Source: a virus (Duplodnaviria > Caudoviricetes). Taken from it: 64,000 nt of DNA. Below, piece by piece: positions 48,843 to 57,533 of this stretch (positions within the stretch are counted from its first letter, which is position 1; the number at the start of each line of letters is the position of its first letter). The notes under the pieces were generated by a model. The model had not been told where the DNA came from. It saw only the letters and a list, made by a program, of their open reading frames with translations, and made no database searches. The stretch is taken from IMG/VR virus record IMGVR_UViG_3300025137_005045; one strand, given 5' to 3'. A program made the position numbers and the translations under genes.

Positions 48843-49582
48843 AACAGATAGACGACTACATGAAAGATGGTATAGACTGCGGGTGCGTATTGCACGGGGA
48901 GTATTATACTTTAGAATATGCTAAAAAGTTAGAAGCTGGACTACGTAGAAATTTTAGCTGTCCTGTACGTTTTCATATATGGACTGAGAAAGCCAGAGAA
49001 GTTCCTAAAAGATGGCACAAGCACGCTCTTAAAGATCTAGGAGTTAAAGGACCAAAGAAAAGTTGGTGGTACAAGGTACAATTATTTAGAAACAAAGCCT
49101 TTCAAGGTAGACTGTTTTATTTTGATCTAGACATCGTATTAACTGGTAATTTAGACTGGATGCTGAGATTAGGTAAGGAACAGTTCTGGGCTGTCAGAGA
49201 TTTTCGCTATCTTTGGAAGAAAAACAAATGGAGTATAAATAGTAGCGTAATGATTTTTAATACTGATGAATATTCAGGTTTATGGAAAACATTTAAACGT
49301 AATCATCATGCTATTATGACACAATATAATGGTGATCAGGATTATGTTGATAATGAAGTACCAGAAAGTAAAAAACGTTGGTTAGATCAAAATCAAGTAA
49401 AAAGCTACAGATGGGAAGTGATGGATGGCGGGATGGATTTTGCCTATCGTAACTACCCAAGAAGAGGTGAGGATCGAAGCCATATTTTTAAAAATTTAAG
49501 TATAATCGTATTTCATGGTATACCAAATCCACATGAAATTGATGATGAACAAGTCCTAAGCCATTGGCGAGTGGATAAATAA
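48839..49582 (+). CDS. GT-A glycosyltransferase (GT8-like)
   Basis: WWYKVQLF, YFDLD (DxD), NSSVM, GDQD, FHGIPNPH; GTG start overlaps upstream TGA. Confidence 0.75.
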   Translation: MKQIDDYMKDGIDCGCVLHGEYYTLEYAKKLEAGLRRNFSCPVRFHIWTEKAREVPKRWHKHALKDLGVKGPKKSWWYKVQLFRNKAFQGRLFYFDLDIVLTGNLDWMLRLGKEQFWAVRDFRYLWKKNKWSINSSVMIFNTDEYSGLWKTFKRNHHAIMTQYNGDQDYVDNEVPESKKRWLDQNQVKSYRWEVMDGGMDFAYRNYPRRGEDRSHIFKNLSIIVFHGIPNPHEIDDEQVLSHWRVDK

Positions 49583-49606
49583 CAGTAACAATTGGAGATA
49601 TAGTAC

Positions 49607-50251
49607 ATGGCTAACAGAACATTTAAGGTATACGGACAAGCATATGCGGCATCAGGGGATGTAACTGCGGTTTTATCCGTGGGTGGCGTAGAAGTATTCA
49701 ACGGAGCAGTCAATGACTCCTCTACAGTGAGAAACGGACAACCAACAACATCAAATCATTTATTTACATTCACACTGGATGAAGCAACAACAGGTGGAAT
49801 GGCATATTCACTAACAGCAACGGGCGGTGAACTTTGTCTAGGACAAACAGAGTATAATGGTATTCCTAATCTGACTATATCTAAGGATTGGTTTGACACA
49901 AATGTGCCTGATGACACTGCTGTAACAGCAGAGGCACAAACACATATAGCAGACACTTTAGGTGAAAGTGCTTTAGGTAGCGATCTTTATAATGCACTTA
50001 AAGCTGGAACCGTTACGAATGCCACTGATGAACAGCATGCAAAAATATTAGCTGAAAATACAATAGCAACTGATTTTACAGTGTATGGCGAATCTAACGA
50101 CACCAGAGCAAACGGTCAAATTGACGGATCGACAATGGCAGAGTGGAATGACGACGCAGTTAATAAAGCTAATTGGCCAGTTTTGGAAGACGGTCAGGTA
50201 TTTACTTGTACATGGAATTTAGATCCAACAACAACAGATCCAAATGCTTAA
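49607..50251 (+). CDS. Hypothetical late (probably virion) protein
   Basis: 214 aa Thr/Ala/Asp-rich; late core 49576-49581, SD GGAG. Confidence 0.6.
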   Translation: MANRTFKVYGQAYAASGDVTAVLSVGGVEVFNGAVNDSSTVRNGQPTTSNHLFTFTLDEATTGGMAYSLTATGGELCLGQTEYNGIPNLTISKDWFDTNVPDDTAVTAEAQTHIADTLGESALGSDLYNALKAGTVTNATDEQHAKILAENTIATDFTVYGESNDTRANGQIDGSTMAEWNDDAVNKANWPVLEDGQVFTCTWNLDPTTTDPNA

Positions 50252-50263
50252 TTAATTTAACAC

Positions 50264-50294
50264 AAACAACCCCACACTAAGTGGGGTTTTTGTT
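50264..50294. terminator. Bidirectional terminator between convergent genes
   Basis: AACCCCAC-ACTAA-GTGGGGTT flanked by A-rich and T-rich runs. Confidence 0.75.
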
Positions 50295-51260
50295 GACTAA
50301 TGTTTCTAGATAAAATTGTTTGTTGTATAAGCTAATTGCCTGAGCTTGTTCAAACACTGTTTGATATTCATCAGTAGGCAGTGATAGAATACTGTTGATA
50401 GTTTCTTGCATTGCTCGCCATCGTTGTGGTCCTGTGTGTCTATCATATGTTTCATCCCAACACGAACTCCACGTTTTAAATCCTATCTGTCTTAGGTTAT
50501 TTAAATAATCTTTTGATCCGTATATTATCATGGGTTTACAACCAAGCAACGGTCGAGTAGTTTTTTCTGTAGAAAAAAATGTAGTGCCCATGGTCCAGGT
50601 TTCTACTACTATCTCAATATCAAAGTTTTTATAGTAATTTAAAAGATTAAATTGTGGAGTTAGGTATTCTTCCCCCTCGGTCCAATCTTTAATAATATAT
50701 TGATCAAGCATTTTTACTCCATCTATACTAGTAATGTCAATATTTTTACACCAGTTATCAAAATTTTCTGTATCAGTTACCCATTGATCATATGCAGTCT
50801 TGTCTAGAATATCAAAATCATATGAAGGATAGTCTTGAGAACTTAATAAACAATCTTTATTTCGCAACCAGTACAGTATGCTTAGTCTTGGAATATTCTT
50901 TCTTCCAATAAAACAACCCAGTCGATTGTGGCTGTTCAGACTAATAGGAGTTATTGGAAATTGTTTATATTTTCTAGCACCATCAGCCCAAAAATGATTA
51001 AGGGTTCGCCACTTGTTGATATTAGTATACAAGTTGGTATTTTCTATAACATTCTCAGATTGTATTCTAATAGTGTAAGGATCTCTCTTGCTTTTTCTAA
51101 CATGTTCGTCTAATATTTTAATAACATTACAATGGAATAAGCTAGGTCCCTCGTCTGTGACCAGTAGCACAGTTTCATCTAGATTATCCTCTAAGAATCT
51201 AATTAGGTCATTTGAATTTAGAAGACATTCGTCATATACGGATATTTTAAATTGTTTCAT
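50277..51260 (-). CDS. Glycosyltransferase-like protein (GT10-like TEK motif)
   Basis: IEIVVET...FFSTEKTTRPL..KP.IIYG, L..IGFKT; minus late core 51266-51271. Confidence 0.45.
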   Translation of the reverse strand: MKQFKISVYDECLLNSNDLIRFLEDNLDETVLLVTDEGPSLFHCNVIKILDEHVRKSKRDPYTIRIQSENVIENTNLYTNINKWRTLNHFWADGARKYKQFPITPISLNSHNRLGCFIGRKNIPRLSILYWLRNKDCLLSSQDYPSYDFDILDKTAYDQWVTDTENFDNWCKNIDITSIDGVKMLDQYIIKDWTEGEEYLTPQFNLLNYYKNFDIEIVVETWTMGTTFFSTEKTTRPLLGCKPMIIYGSKDYLNNLRQIGFKTWSSCWDETYDRHTGPQRWRAMQETINSILSLPTDEYQTVFEQAQAISLYNKQFYLETLVNKNPT

Positions 51261-51285
51261 GCAACTATTTACTAATATATTTTGG

Positions 51286-51314
51286 TTGACCGAAAAATTA
51301 TTTTTTGTTATAAT
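51286..51314 (+). promoter_or_regulatory. Sigma70-type promoter
   Basis: GG-TTGACC-17-TATAAT; ATG 7 nt after -10. Confidence 0.8.
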
Positions 51315-51320
51315 GTTTAC

Positions 51321-51509
51321 ATGAAATATAATTATAACTTAGAAAAAGTTAGTGCTGATTTGTATGATGATATAGATCAACTAGCTCTAGACACATCCGG
51401 ATTATTTGAGCAAAAGTTACAAGAGCTAGGTATAGTGTTACCGGACGATCAGCTTGAACAACTATATGATTTAATGAGAAATTTAGCATTAAATTCGGTT
51501 GACCAATAA
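51321..51509 (+). CDS. Small hypothetical early protein
   Basis: MKYNYNLEKVS...; start moved to 51321, downstream of the promoter. Confidence 0.55.
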   Translation: MKYNYNLEKVSADLYDDIDQLALDTSGLFEQKLQELGIVLPDDQLEQLYDLMRNLALNSVDQ

Positions 51510-51527
51510 TTCCAAAACTGCTATAAT
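51499..51527 (+). promoter_or_regulatory. Sigma70-type promoter
   Basis: GG-TTGACC-17-TATAAT. Confidence 0.8.
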
Positions 51528-51565
51528 AGTATTTGAAAGTTAGGAATTAATCATTTACGGGGGTA

Positions 51566-52378
51566 ATGAACATGGTAGCAACTGCAATTAAATTCAAAAA
51601 AGAAACAGATGATCAAGTCATTGATCGTATTGGTAAACGTTTTACTATACTAGATGACATGACCAAGGCCGCAATCAGAGGTGATGTTAGAGCAATGATT
51701 GTTGTAGGGCCTCCAGGAGTTGGTAAATCATATGGTGTTGAAAAACAATTAGAAAAAGCTAGCATGTTTACAGAAGTTGCATCAAGACCTAAACAGTATG
51801 ATGTTGTTAAAGGTGCTATGAGTGCAATTGGTTTATATTGCAAACTATTTAACTACAAAGAAAAAGACAATGTACTAGTATTTGATGATTGTGATTCAAT
51901 ATTACAAGATGAGTTATCATTGAACATTTTGAAAGCGGCATTGGATTCAAAGAAAACAAGAAAGATTTGTTGGAATACTGATAGTTATAAATTACGTAAC
52001 GAAGGTGTACCTGATACCTTTAACTTTGCAGGATCAGCAATTTTTATTACTAACATTAAATTTGAAAATGTTAAAAGTAAAAAATTACAAGATCACCTAG
52101 AAGCTGTACAATCAAGATGTCACTATTTAGATCTTACACTTGATACTAGCCGCGATAAACTATTACGTATCAAACAAATTGCTGGTACTGGTGCTTTGTT
52201 TCAGGACTATGACTTTAACGGACATCAAATTCAAGAAATGTTAGACTTTATGGATGATAATCAGAACATGCTAAATGAACTTAGTTTACGTATGGCACTT
52301 AAAATTGCTGACTTAAGAAAAGTTTCATCAAACAACTGGCAAGAGCTTGCAAAAGCAACTGTGATGAAAAGAAGATAA
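51566..52378 (+). CDS. AAA-type ATPase
   Basis: GPPGVGKS Walker A, LVFDDCD Walker B, FITN sensor, SRCHY arginine finger. Confidence 0.8.
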   Translation: MNMVATAIKFKKETDDQVIDRIGKRFTILDDMTKAAIRGDVRAMIVVGPPGVGKSYGVEKQLEKASMFTEVASRPKQYDVVKGAMSAIGLYCKLFNYKEKDNVLVFDDCDSILQDELSLNILKAALDSKKTRKICWNTDSYKLRNEGVPDTFNFAGSAIFITNIKFENVKSKKLQDHLEAVQSRCHYLDLTLDTSRDKLLRIKQIAGTGALFQDYDFNGHQIQEMLDFMDDNQNMLNELSLRMALKIADLRKVSSNNWQELAKATVMKRR

Positions 52379-52398
52379 TTTAATCTTTTTTGTTCGTA

Positions 52399-52442
52399 AA
52401 AGGGTGTTGTTGGTTGACACCCTTTCTCCTTTTATATATACT
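52399..52442 (+). promoter_or_regulatory. Hairpin overlapping a sigma70-type promoter
   Basis: AAAGGGTGTT/GACACCCTTT stem (52399-52425) contains TTGACA; -17-TATACT at 52437-52442. Confidence 0.7.
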
Positions 52443-52449
52443 GTATATT

Positions 52450-53907
52450 ATGAAGCAAGCCTTATTACATATTAAAGATGAAGTCAACGTAAAAATTGAG
52501 GGTCTTGATCTTGACGTTCGCAAAAAATTAGTTGACATGTTCAAATTTGAAATACCCGGAGCTCGATATATGCCAGCTGTTAGACTAGGCAGATGGGATG
52601 GCAAAGTTGGTTATTTTCAACTTGGAGGTAGTACCTACATTAATTTGTTAGATGAGATATTACCGGTGCTTGAACAATATAACTATGATGTTGATCTTGA
52701 GGATTACAGAGACTACGAAAGAAGTTTTGCGTTTACTGAGGTCAAGGAAGATAGTTACAGCCACTTAAAATGGCCTCCAGGACATCCTGTAGCAGGACAA
52801 CCAATCATGTTACGAGATTATCAGGTTGAGATAGTTAATAAGTTTATGTCAAATCCACAATGCTTACAAGAAATAGCAACAGGTGCCGGCAAAACATTAA
52901 TAACAGCAGTGCTGAGTCACAATTGCGAACAACATGGTCGCACAATAGTTATTGTTCCAAACAAGAGTTTAGTCACACAAACAGAAGCTGATTATGTCAA
53001 TATGGGATTAGACGTTGGTGTGTACTTTGGTGATCGTAAAGAGTTTGGAAAGACACATACAATTTGTACTTGGCAAAGCCTAAACATTTTACTTAAAGGA
53101 TCCAGAGCACATGCTGTAGATATCACCATCGACGAGTTTCTACAGGATGTTGTTTGTGTCATGGTTGACGAAGTACACATGGCCAAAGCAGACGCATTGA
53201 AAACTTTATTGACGGGTGTCATGTCACAAGTACCTATCCGTTGGGGACTGACTGGAACAGTTCCTAAAGAAGCATATGAACGTATGAGCTTGCGTTGTTC
53301 TATAGGTGATGTAATAGGTAAACTGTCAGCTAACGAATTACAACAGGACGGAGTGCTTGCCAATTGTCATGTAAACGTGGTACAGTTAGTGGATCATGCT
53401 GAATATACATCATACCAGGATGAACTAAAATATCTATTAGAAACACAGGATCGAATGAAGTACATGGCGAATCTGATTACTAAAATTAGAACAAGTGGTA
53501 ATACTCTGGTACTGGTAGACAGAATTGCTCCTGGACAGGCCTTAACTGAACTAATTACAGATGCAGTGTTTGTATCCGGAGCCACCAAAGCACAAGCCAG
53601 AAAGGATGAATATGATGAAATTGCAACAACGGACAGTAAGGTTATTATTGCCACTTATGGTGTTGCCGCTGTTGGTATTAACATTCCTCGTATCTTTAAT
53701 CTTGTTCTTGTTGAGCCTGGGAAAAGTTTTGTTCGTGTTATTCAGTCGATTGGCCGAGGTATTAGAAAAGCTGAAGACAAAGATTTTGTTCAAATTTGGG
53801 ATATAACATCCACATGCAAATTTGCCAAGCGACATCTAACAAAACGTAAAGCATTTTATAAAGAAGCAAATTATCCATTTGAAGTTGAAAAAATTGAATG
53901 GAAATAG
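52450..53907 (+). CDS. uvsW: SF2 DNA helicase
   Basis: LRDYQ, ATGAGKT, VDEVH, GLTGT, QSIGRGIR; start moved to ATG 52450. Confidence 0.9.
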   Translation: MKQALLHIKDEVNVKIEGLDLDVRKKLVDMFKFEIPGARYMPAVRLGRWDGKVGYFQLGGSTYINLLDEILPVLEQYNYDVDLEDYRDYERSFAFTEVKEDSYSHLKWPPGHPVAGQPIMLRDYQVEIVNKFMSNPQCLQEIATGAGKTLITAVLSHNCEQHGRTIVIVPNKSLVTQTEADYVNMGLDVGVYFGDRKEFGKTHTICTWQSLNILLKGSRAHAVDITIDEFLQDVVCVMVDEVHMAKADALKTLLTGVMSQVPIRWGLTGTVPKEAYERMSLRCSIGDVIGKLSANELQQDGVLANCHVNVVQLVDHAEYTSYQDELKYLLETQDRMKYMANLITKIRTSGNTLVLVDRIAPGQALTELITDAVFVSGATKAQARKDEYDEIATTDSKVIIATYGVAAVGINIPRIFNLVLVEPGKSFVRVIQSIGRGIRKAEDKDFVQIWDITSTCKFAKRHLTKRKAFYKEANYPFEVEKIEWK

Positions 53908-53910
53908 TTC

Positions 53911-53940
53911 TTGACAGACACACCTACAGTAACTTATAAT
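53911..53940 (+). promoter_or_regulatory. Sigma70-type promoter
   Basis: TTGACA-18-TATAAT. Confidence 0.65.
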
Positions 53941-53949
53941 AAGGGTAAT

Positions 53950-54450
53950 ATGCAAATACTTACATTAGAAAATACAAAGTACGACTTGGCTACACTTCCT
54001 GATGAAATAGATGATATGCGTTTTAGCATACTGGATAACAGTGATCCAGGAAATCCAGATTATCATTGGATACCGTTAATCTTTTTAGAAAGTTTTAATT
54101 CACCAGCATTGGTATTAAAGATAGGTAATAATACTATTAAAATGCCTGTGGATTGGCAAATATTAATTGGCGAACCTGATGTCGGAGATTTAGAAGTATT
54201 ACCGTTAACATCAATTAATGATAGAGGATTTAGAGCATTTCAATTTAATAGTTTAACTGACTTTAGACCAAGTTTCTTGGATATAGAAATTGTAGATGTC
54301 TATCAAGATGTTTCGTGGTATAGCCCTAAACTTAAAAATGGACAGTTACTAGCAGTACCTTTAGAGGACGGACCTACTCCTAAATGTTGTTATTTTGTTA
54401 AGGATATAAGCCGTAATTGTGAAATAGTTAATTATACGTTATCATTCTAA
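53950..54450 (+). CDS. Hypothetical beta-rich protein
   Basis: MQILTLEN...; start moved to ATG 53950, downstream of the promoter. Confidence 0.7.
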   Translation: MQILTLENTKYDLATLPDEIDDMRFSILDNSDPGNPDYHWIPLIFLESFNSPALVLKIGNNTIKMPVDWQILIGEPDVGDLEVLPLTSINDRGFRAFQFNSLTDFRPSFLDIEIVDVYQDVSWYSPKLKNGQLLAVPLEDGPTPKCCYFVKDISRNCEIVNYTLSF

Positions 54451-54926
54451 TGGCAAATACAAATTCACCTTTATATATCGGTAATGAGATGGCGGCCTTT
54501 GATCGCAAGGACAGGGACTACTATGACAAGTTCACTGATGAGGAAAAGAAACAGTTTTCAACATATTTGATGTTGCGTTATGGAGCGTCAGTAGGTGGTA
54601 ATAGAGATCTGCAGGCATACTATCTAATGGCCACAAACAAATATGTTAACAAATACTTCTTTGATCTAAACAAGCATACAAAGTTACAATGGTTAATGTG
54701 TACAGCAGTTAGTCCTAATATGGGCAAACAGTTTCACTATTGGCAAGCGGCCAAAAAGAAAGAGGGCAAGTCGACTAACAAAATAAGAAAAGTAGTAGCT
54801 GAATTATTTCCAAACATGAAGTCAGATGAGATGGATATGTTTTTGGAAATGAATACTCAAAAAGAAATTAAACAATATTGTAAAGAACTAGGATGGGATG
54901 ACAAGCGAATTAAAGCAGACTTTTAA
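54450..54926 (+). CDS. Possible clamp-loader small subunit (gp62-like)
   Basis: FS.YLMLRY, N..N..FF.L.KH.KLQW; size and replication context. Confidence 0.4.
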   Translation: MANTNSPLYIGNEMAAFDRKDRDYYDKFTDEEKKQFSTYLMLRYGASVGGNRDLQAYYLMATNKYVNKYFFDLNKHTKLQWLMCTAVSPNMGKQFHYWQAAKKKEGKSTNKIRKVVAELFPNMKSDEMDMFLEMNTQKEIKQYCKELGWDDKRIKADF

Positions 54927-55590
54927 ATGTAAATATTGTGGGCGTGAATTCCGTAAGGAGACCACACTGGCCGTACATGTCTGTGAGCAAAAGAAACGTT
55001 TTCAACATAAAAATGATCCACCAAGTCGTATGGCATTTCAGAGTTATTTAAAGTTTTATGAAACAAGTCAGGGATCTGCAAAGTCAAAAACATTTGATGA
55101 CTTTGCTACATCAGCATACTATAAAGCGTTTATTAAGTTTGCTAACTATTGCGTTAATGCTCGTGTAATTAATACTGTTAGGTTCACTGAATGGTTATTA
55201 AAAAATAACAAGCGTATAGACTATTGGGGCAGTGATAAACTTTATGATGAATTTTTAAAGGAATATATCTTTAGAGAAAATGCCACAGACGCATTAACCA
55301 GAGCATTAGAAACATCAATGGATTGGGCAGAAGAAGTTAAATCGCCAAGCGAAGACTTCTTGCGTTATGGTAACTGCAATAAACTATGTCATTACATTGT
55401 TACTGGTAGAATAACAGGTTGGATAATATTTAATTGTCCCTCAGGTCACGAGCTGTTAGAAAGTTTAAATCAAGAACAGTTGGCTATAGTGTATGAACTT
55501 ATTAATCCTGATCGTTGGTCAAAAATATTACGTGACTATCCAGGTGACACAGAATATGTTAAGGAAATGTTAAAACAAGCAGGATGGTAA
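54898..55590 (+). CDS. Zinc-finger protein, function unknown
   Basis: FKCKYCGREFRKETTLAVHVC at the N-terminus. Confidence 0.6.
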   Translation: MTSELKQTFKCKYCGREFRKETTLAVHVCEQKKRFQHKNDPPSRMAFQSYLKFYETSQGSAKSKTFDDFATSAYYKAFIKFANYCVNARVINTVRFTEWLLKNNKRIDYWGSDKLYDEFLKEYIFRENATDALTRALETSMDWAEEVKSPSEDFLRYGNCNKLCHYIVTGRITGWIIFNCPSGHELLESLNQEQLAIVYELINPDRWSKILRDYPGDTEYVKEMLKQAGW

Positions 55591-56171
55591 AATTTAATAC
55601 AGACGTTGATATTGACTTCGCTGATCGCGATGATATACTTAAATTAATTAAGCATACTTCTGCAATGCAGAATAATGATCAAGGTATACGTAAGCATAAT
55701 TCAGGTGTGTACGTAACAGACATTCCTTATAATCCATTGACAGACACAGCCTCAATTGATTATCAATCAGCAGAAGAACGTGGTTACTTTAAAATCGACT
55801 TTCTTAATGTCAATGTTTATAAGTTAATTAAAGATCAGGCACATTACGATCAATTGATGGCCCGTGATGTTCCGTGGGCAAGATTACAGGAACGTGAGTT
55901 CTTTGAACAGATAATACACATTGGTAATCATTATGATCTGGTAGGTGATTTAGCACTAGATACAATACCACGCATGGCAATGTTTCTGGCACTTATACGT
56001 CCAGCAAAACGACACTTGGTAGGAAAGACATGGGCAGATATAAGTAAGGATATATGGACAAAAACAGATGACCAATACTTCTTTAAGAAGTCACATGCTG
56101 TTAGCTATGCCTTGTTGGTAACATTACATATGAAACTACTAGATGAAAATTTACATACACGAGAGCAGTAA
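55584..56171 (+). CDS. Miniature DNA polymerase III alpha (DnaE)-like protein
   Basis: DVDIDF..RD, KH.SGVY, GYFKIDFL, LALIRP, FKKSHAVSYAL in DnaE order within 195 aa. Confidence 0.7.
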   Translation: MVKFNTDVDIDFADRDDILKLIKHTSAMQNNDQGIRKHNSGVYVTDIPYNPLTDTASIDYQSAEERGYFKIDFLNVNVYKLIKDQAHYDQLMARDVPWARLQEREFFEQIIHIGNHYDLVGDLALDTIPRMAMFLALIRPAKRHLVGKTWADISKDIWTKTDDQYFFKKSHAVSYALLVTLHMKLLDENLHTREQ

Positions 56172-57162
56172 ACTTAAAGACTTTTACAATCGAGCTGATC
56201 ATTACTCAACAGCAGAGCTACCTACCCTTCCTAAAGACGCAATAAAAATAATACCAGTAGCTACCTACTGTGAAGACAGTGATGCACATATAGATTATAT
56301 CAAGAACACTAATGATCATATTGTATTAGAAAACTGCATAGAGGGGTCTAGCACGCTTATCAGACACCTCGACAATGACGGTTTGTTAAAGCTAGCATTA
56401 GATAAAAAGTTTAGCATTATTTGTTCAGGTGAAATGCCAGAACAAATGAATTCGTTAAACATTGAATACATGATGTGGCTGACCGGTAACGTTAATCAAG
56501 ACAATCGAAATATTATGATACGTTATATTGATCGTCCGTACACATTTTTATTTCTCAATAATAGAGTAAGAACCCATCGAGCTAAATTAATTAGAGATCT
56601 GTATCGCAAGGAATTGTTAGACAAGGCATTATGGTCTAACATTAATATGGGTAATGACGATGCACCATTCAGTAAAAAATTACCAAAAAAGTATGGTCCT
56701 TATTCAGGAAAGGATTTAATTGATTGGGATAAGTGGGCGGCGGGACCAGCCATCGTTAATCAGTACTCTGACACGTACTTCTCGGTATTTGCTGAAAGTA
56801 CAGTATTACATAGATATTCTTTAATAACTGAAAAATCATGGAAACCAATTATTACTGGACATCCATTCTTAGCACTAGCAAGTGCCAATCATTATAAGAG
56901 GCTGAAAGAATTAGGATTTAAAACATTTAGCGGTATCATTAAGGAAGACTTTGCAAGTCTAAATAGATGGGAAGACAGAAGAGCTTGGTTAGTAACTGAA
57001 ATTGAAAGGTTATTAAGTTTAGATCTTGATCAATTCACAAGAGATTGCCAACCCGTTTTAGATCATAATATTGAACATTTTTGGAAGTTATGGGATAGTT
57101 ACTCTGCAAACACTAGCGATCAGATTGATCTATTTCTTAGTCAATTCGCCGAACAAGTGTGA
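56143..57162 (+). CDS. Glycosyltransferase-like protein (GT10-like TEK motif)
   Basis: LNNRVR.HR, YFSVFAES..LITEKSWKPI..HPF, LKELGFKT; paralog of 50277..51260. Confidence 0.45.
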   Translation: MKIYIHESSKLKDFYNRADHYSTAELPTLPKDAIKIIPVATYCEDSDAHIDYIKNTNDHIVLENCIEGSSTLIRHLDNDGLLKLALDKKFSIICSGEMPEQMNSLNIEYMMWLTGNVNQDNRNIMIRYIDRPYTFLFLNNRVRTHRAKLIRDLYRKELLDKALWSNINMGNDDAPFSKKLPKKYGPYSGKDLIDWDKWAAGPAIVNQYSDTYFSVFAESTVLHRYSLITEKSWKPIITGHPFLALASANHYKRLKELGFKTFSGIIKEDFASLNRWEDRRAWLVTEIERLLSLDLDQFTRDCQPVLDHNIEHFWKLWDSYSANTSDQIDLFLSQFAEQV

Positions 57163-57514
57163 TTGATTTTTTCTTAGTGCGTTTCTTAGACAAATCGCTT
57201 AGACTGATTGTTGGACCTAACAGTATTTCTAAATCTTTATTAATAAATGTTTGTAGATATGGTTTAAATTGTGCCCATTCTTCTCTTAGGAATATATTGA
57301 TTGGTATTGAACGATTTGATTCCCACCACCAAACGTTAGCAAGATCTAAAAACTTTTGTTTTAATTCTACATCTACGATGCGGCCAAAATCGTATAGAGT
57401 GGTAACAGTACTGTCACGATTTTGCACAATACCAACGTATTCGGCACTGGCGTATCTGACTACTGTAACAAATGGATACTTGTCTGATAATTCTTTAAAG
57501 AATTCATTGCTCAT
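57137..57514 (-). CDS. Hypothetical protein
   Basis: 125 aa; minus TATAAATA at 57552-57559. Confidence 0.65.
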   Translation of the reverse strand: MSNEFFKELSDKYPFVTVVRYASAEYVGIVQNRDSTVTTLYDFGRIVDVELKQKFLDLANVWWWESNRSIPINIFLREEWAQFKPYLQTFINKDLEILLGPTISLSDLSKKRTKKKSITLVRRID

Positions 57515-57533
57515 TGATCGATAAATACTCTAT

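Noticed and set aside
51566-52378. AAA ATPase as clamp-loader large subunit gp44
   Set aside because: Short (270 aa), lacks an obvious RFC C-terminal collar region, and is not adjacent to the gp62-like gene
53950-54450. Possible degenerate Hint/intein fold
   Set aside because: No N-terminal Cys/Ser, no TxxH and no terminal HN; the resemblance is only general beta-richness
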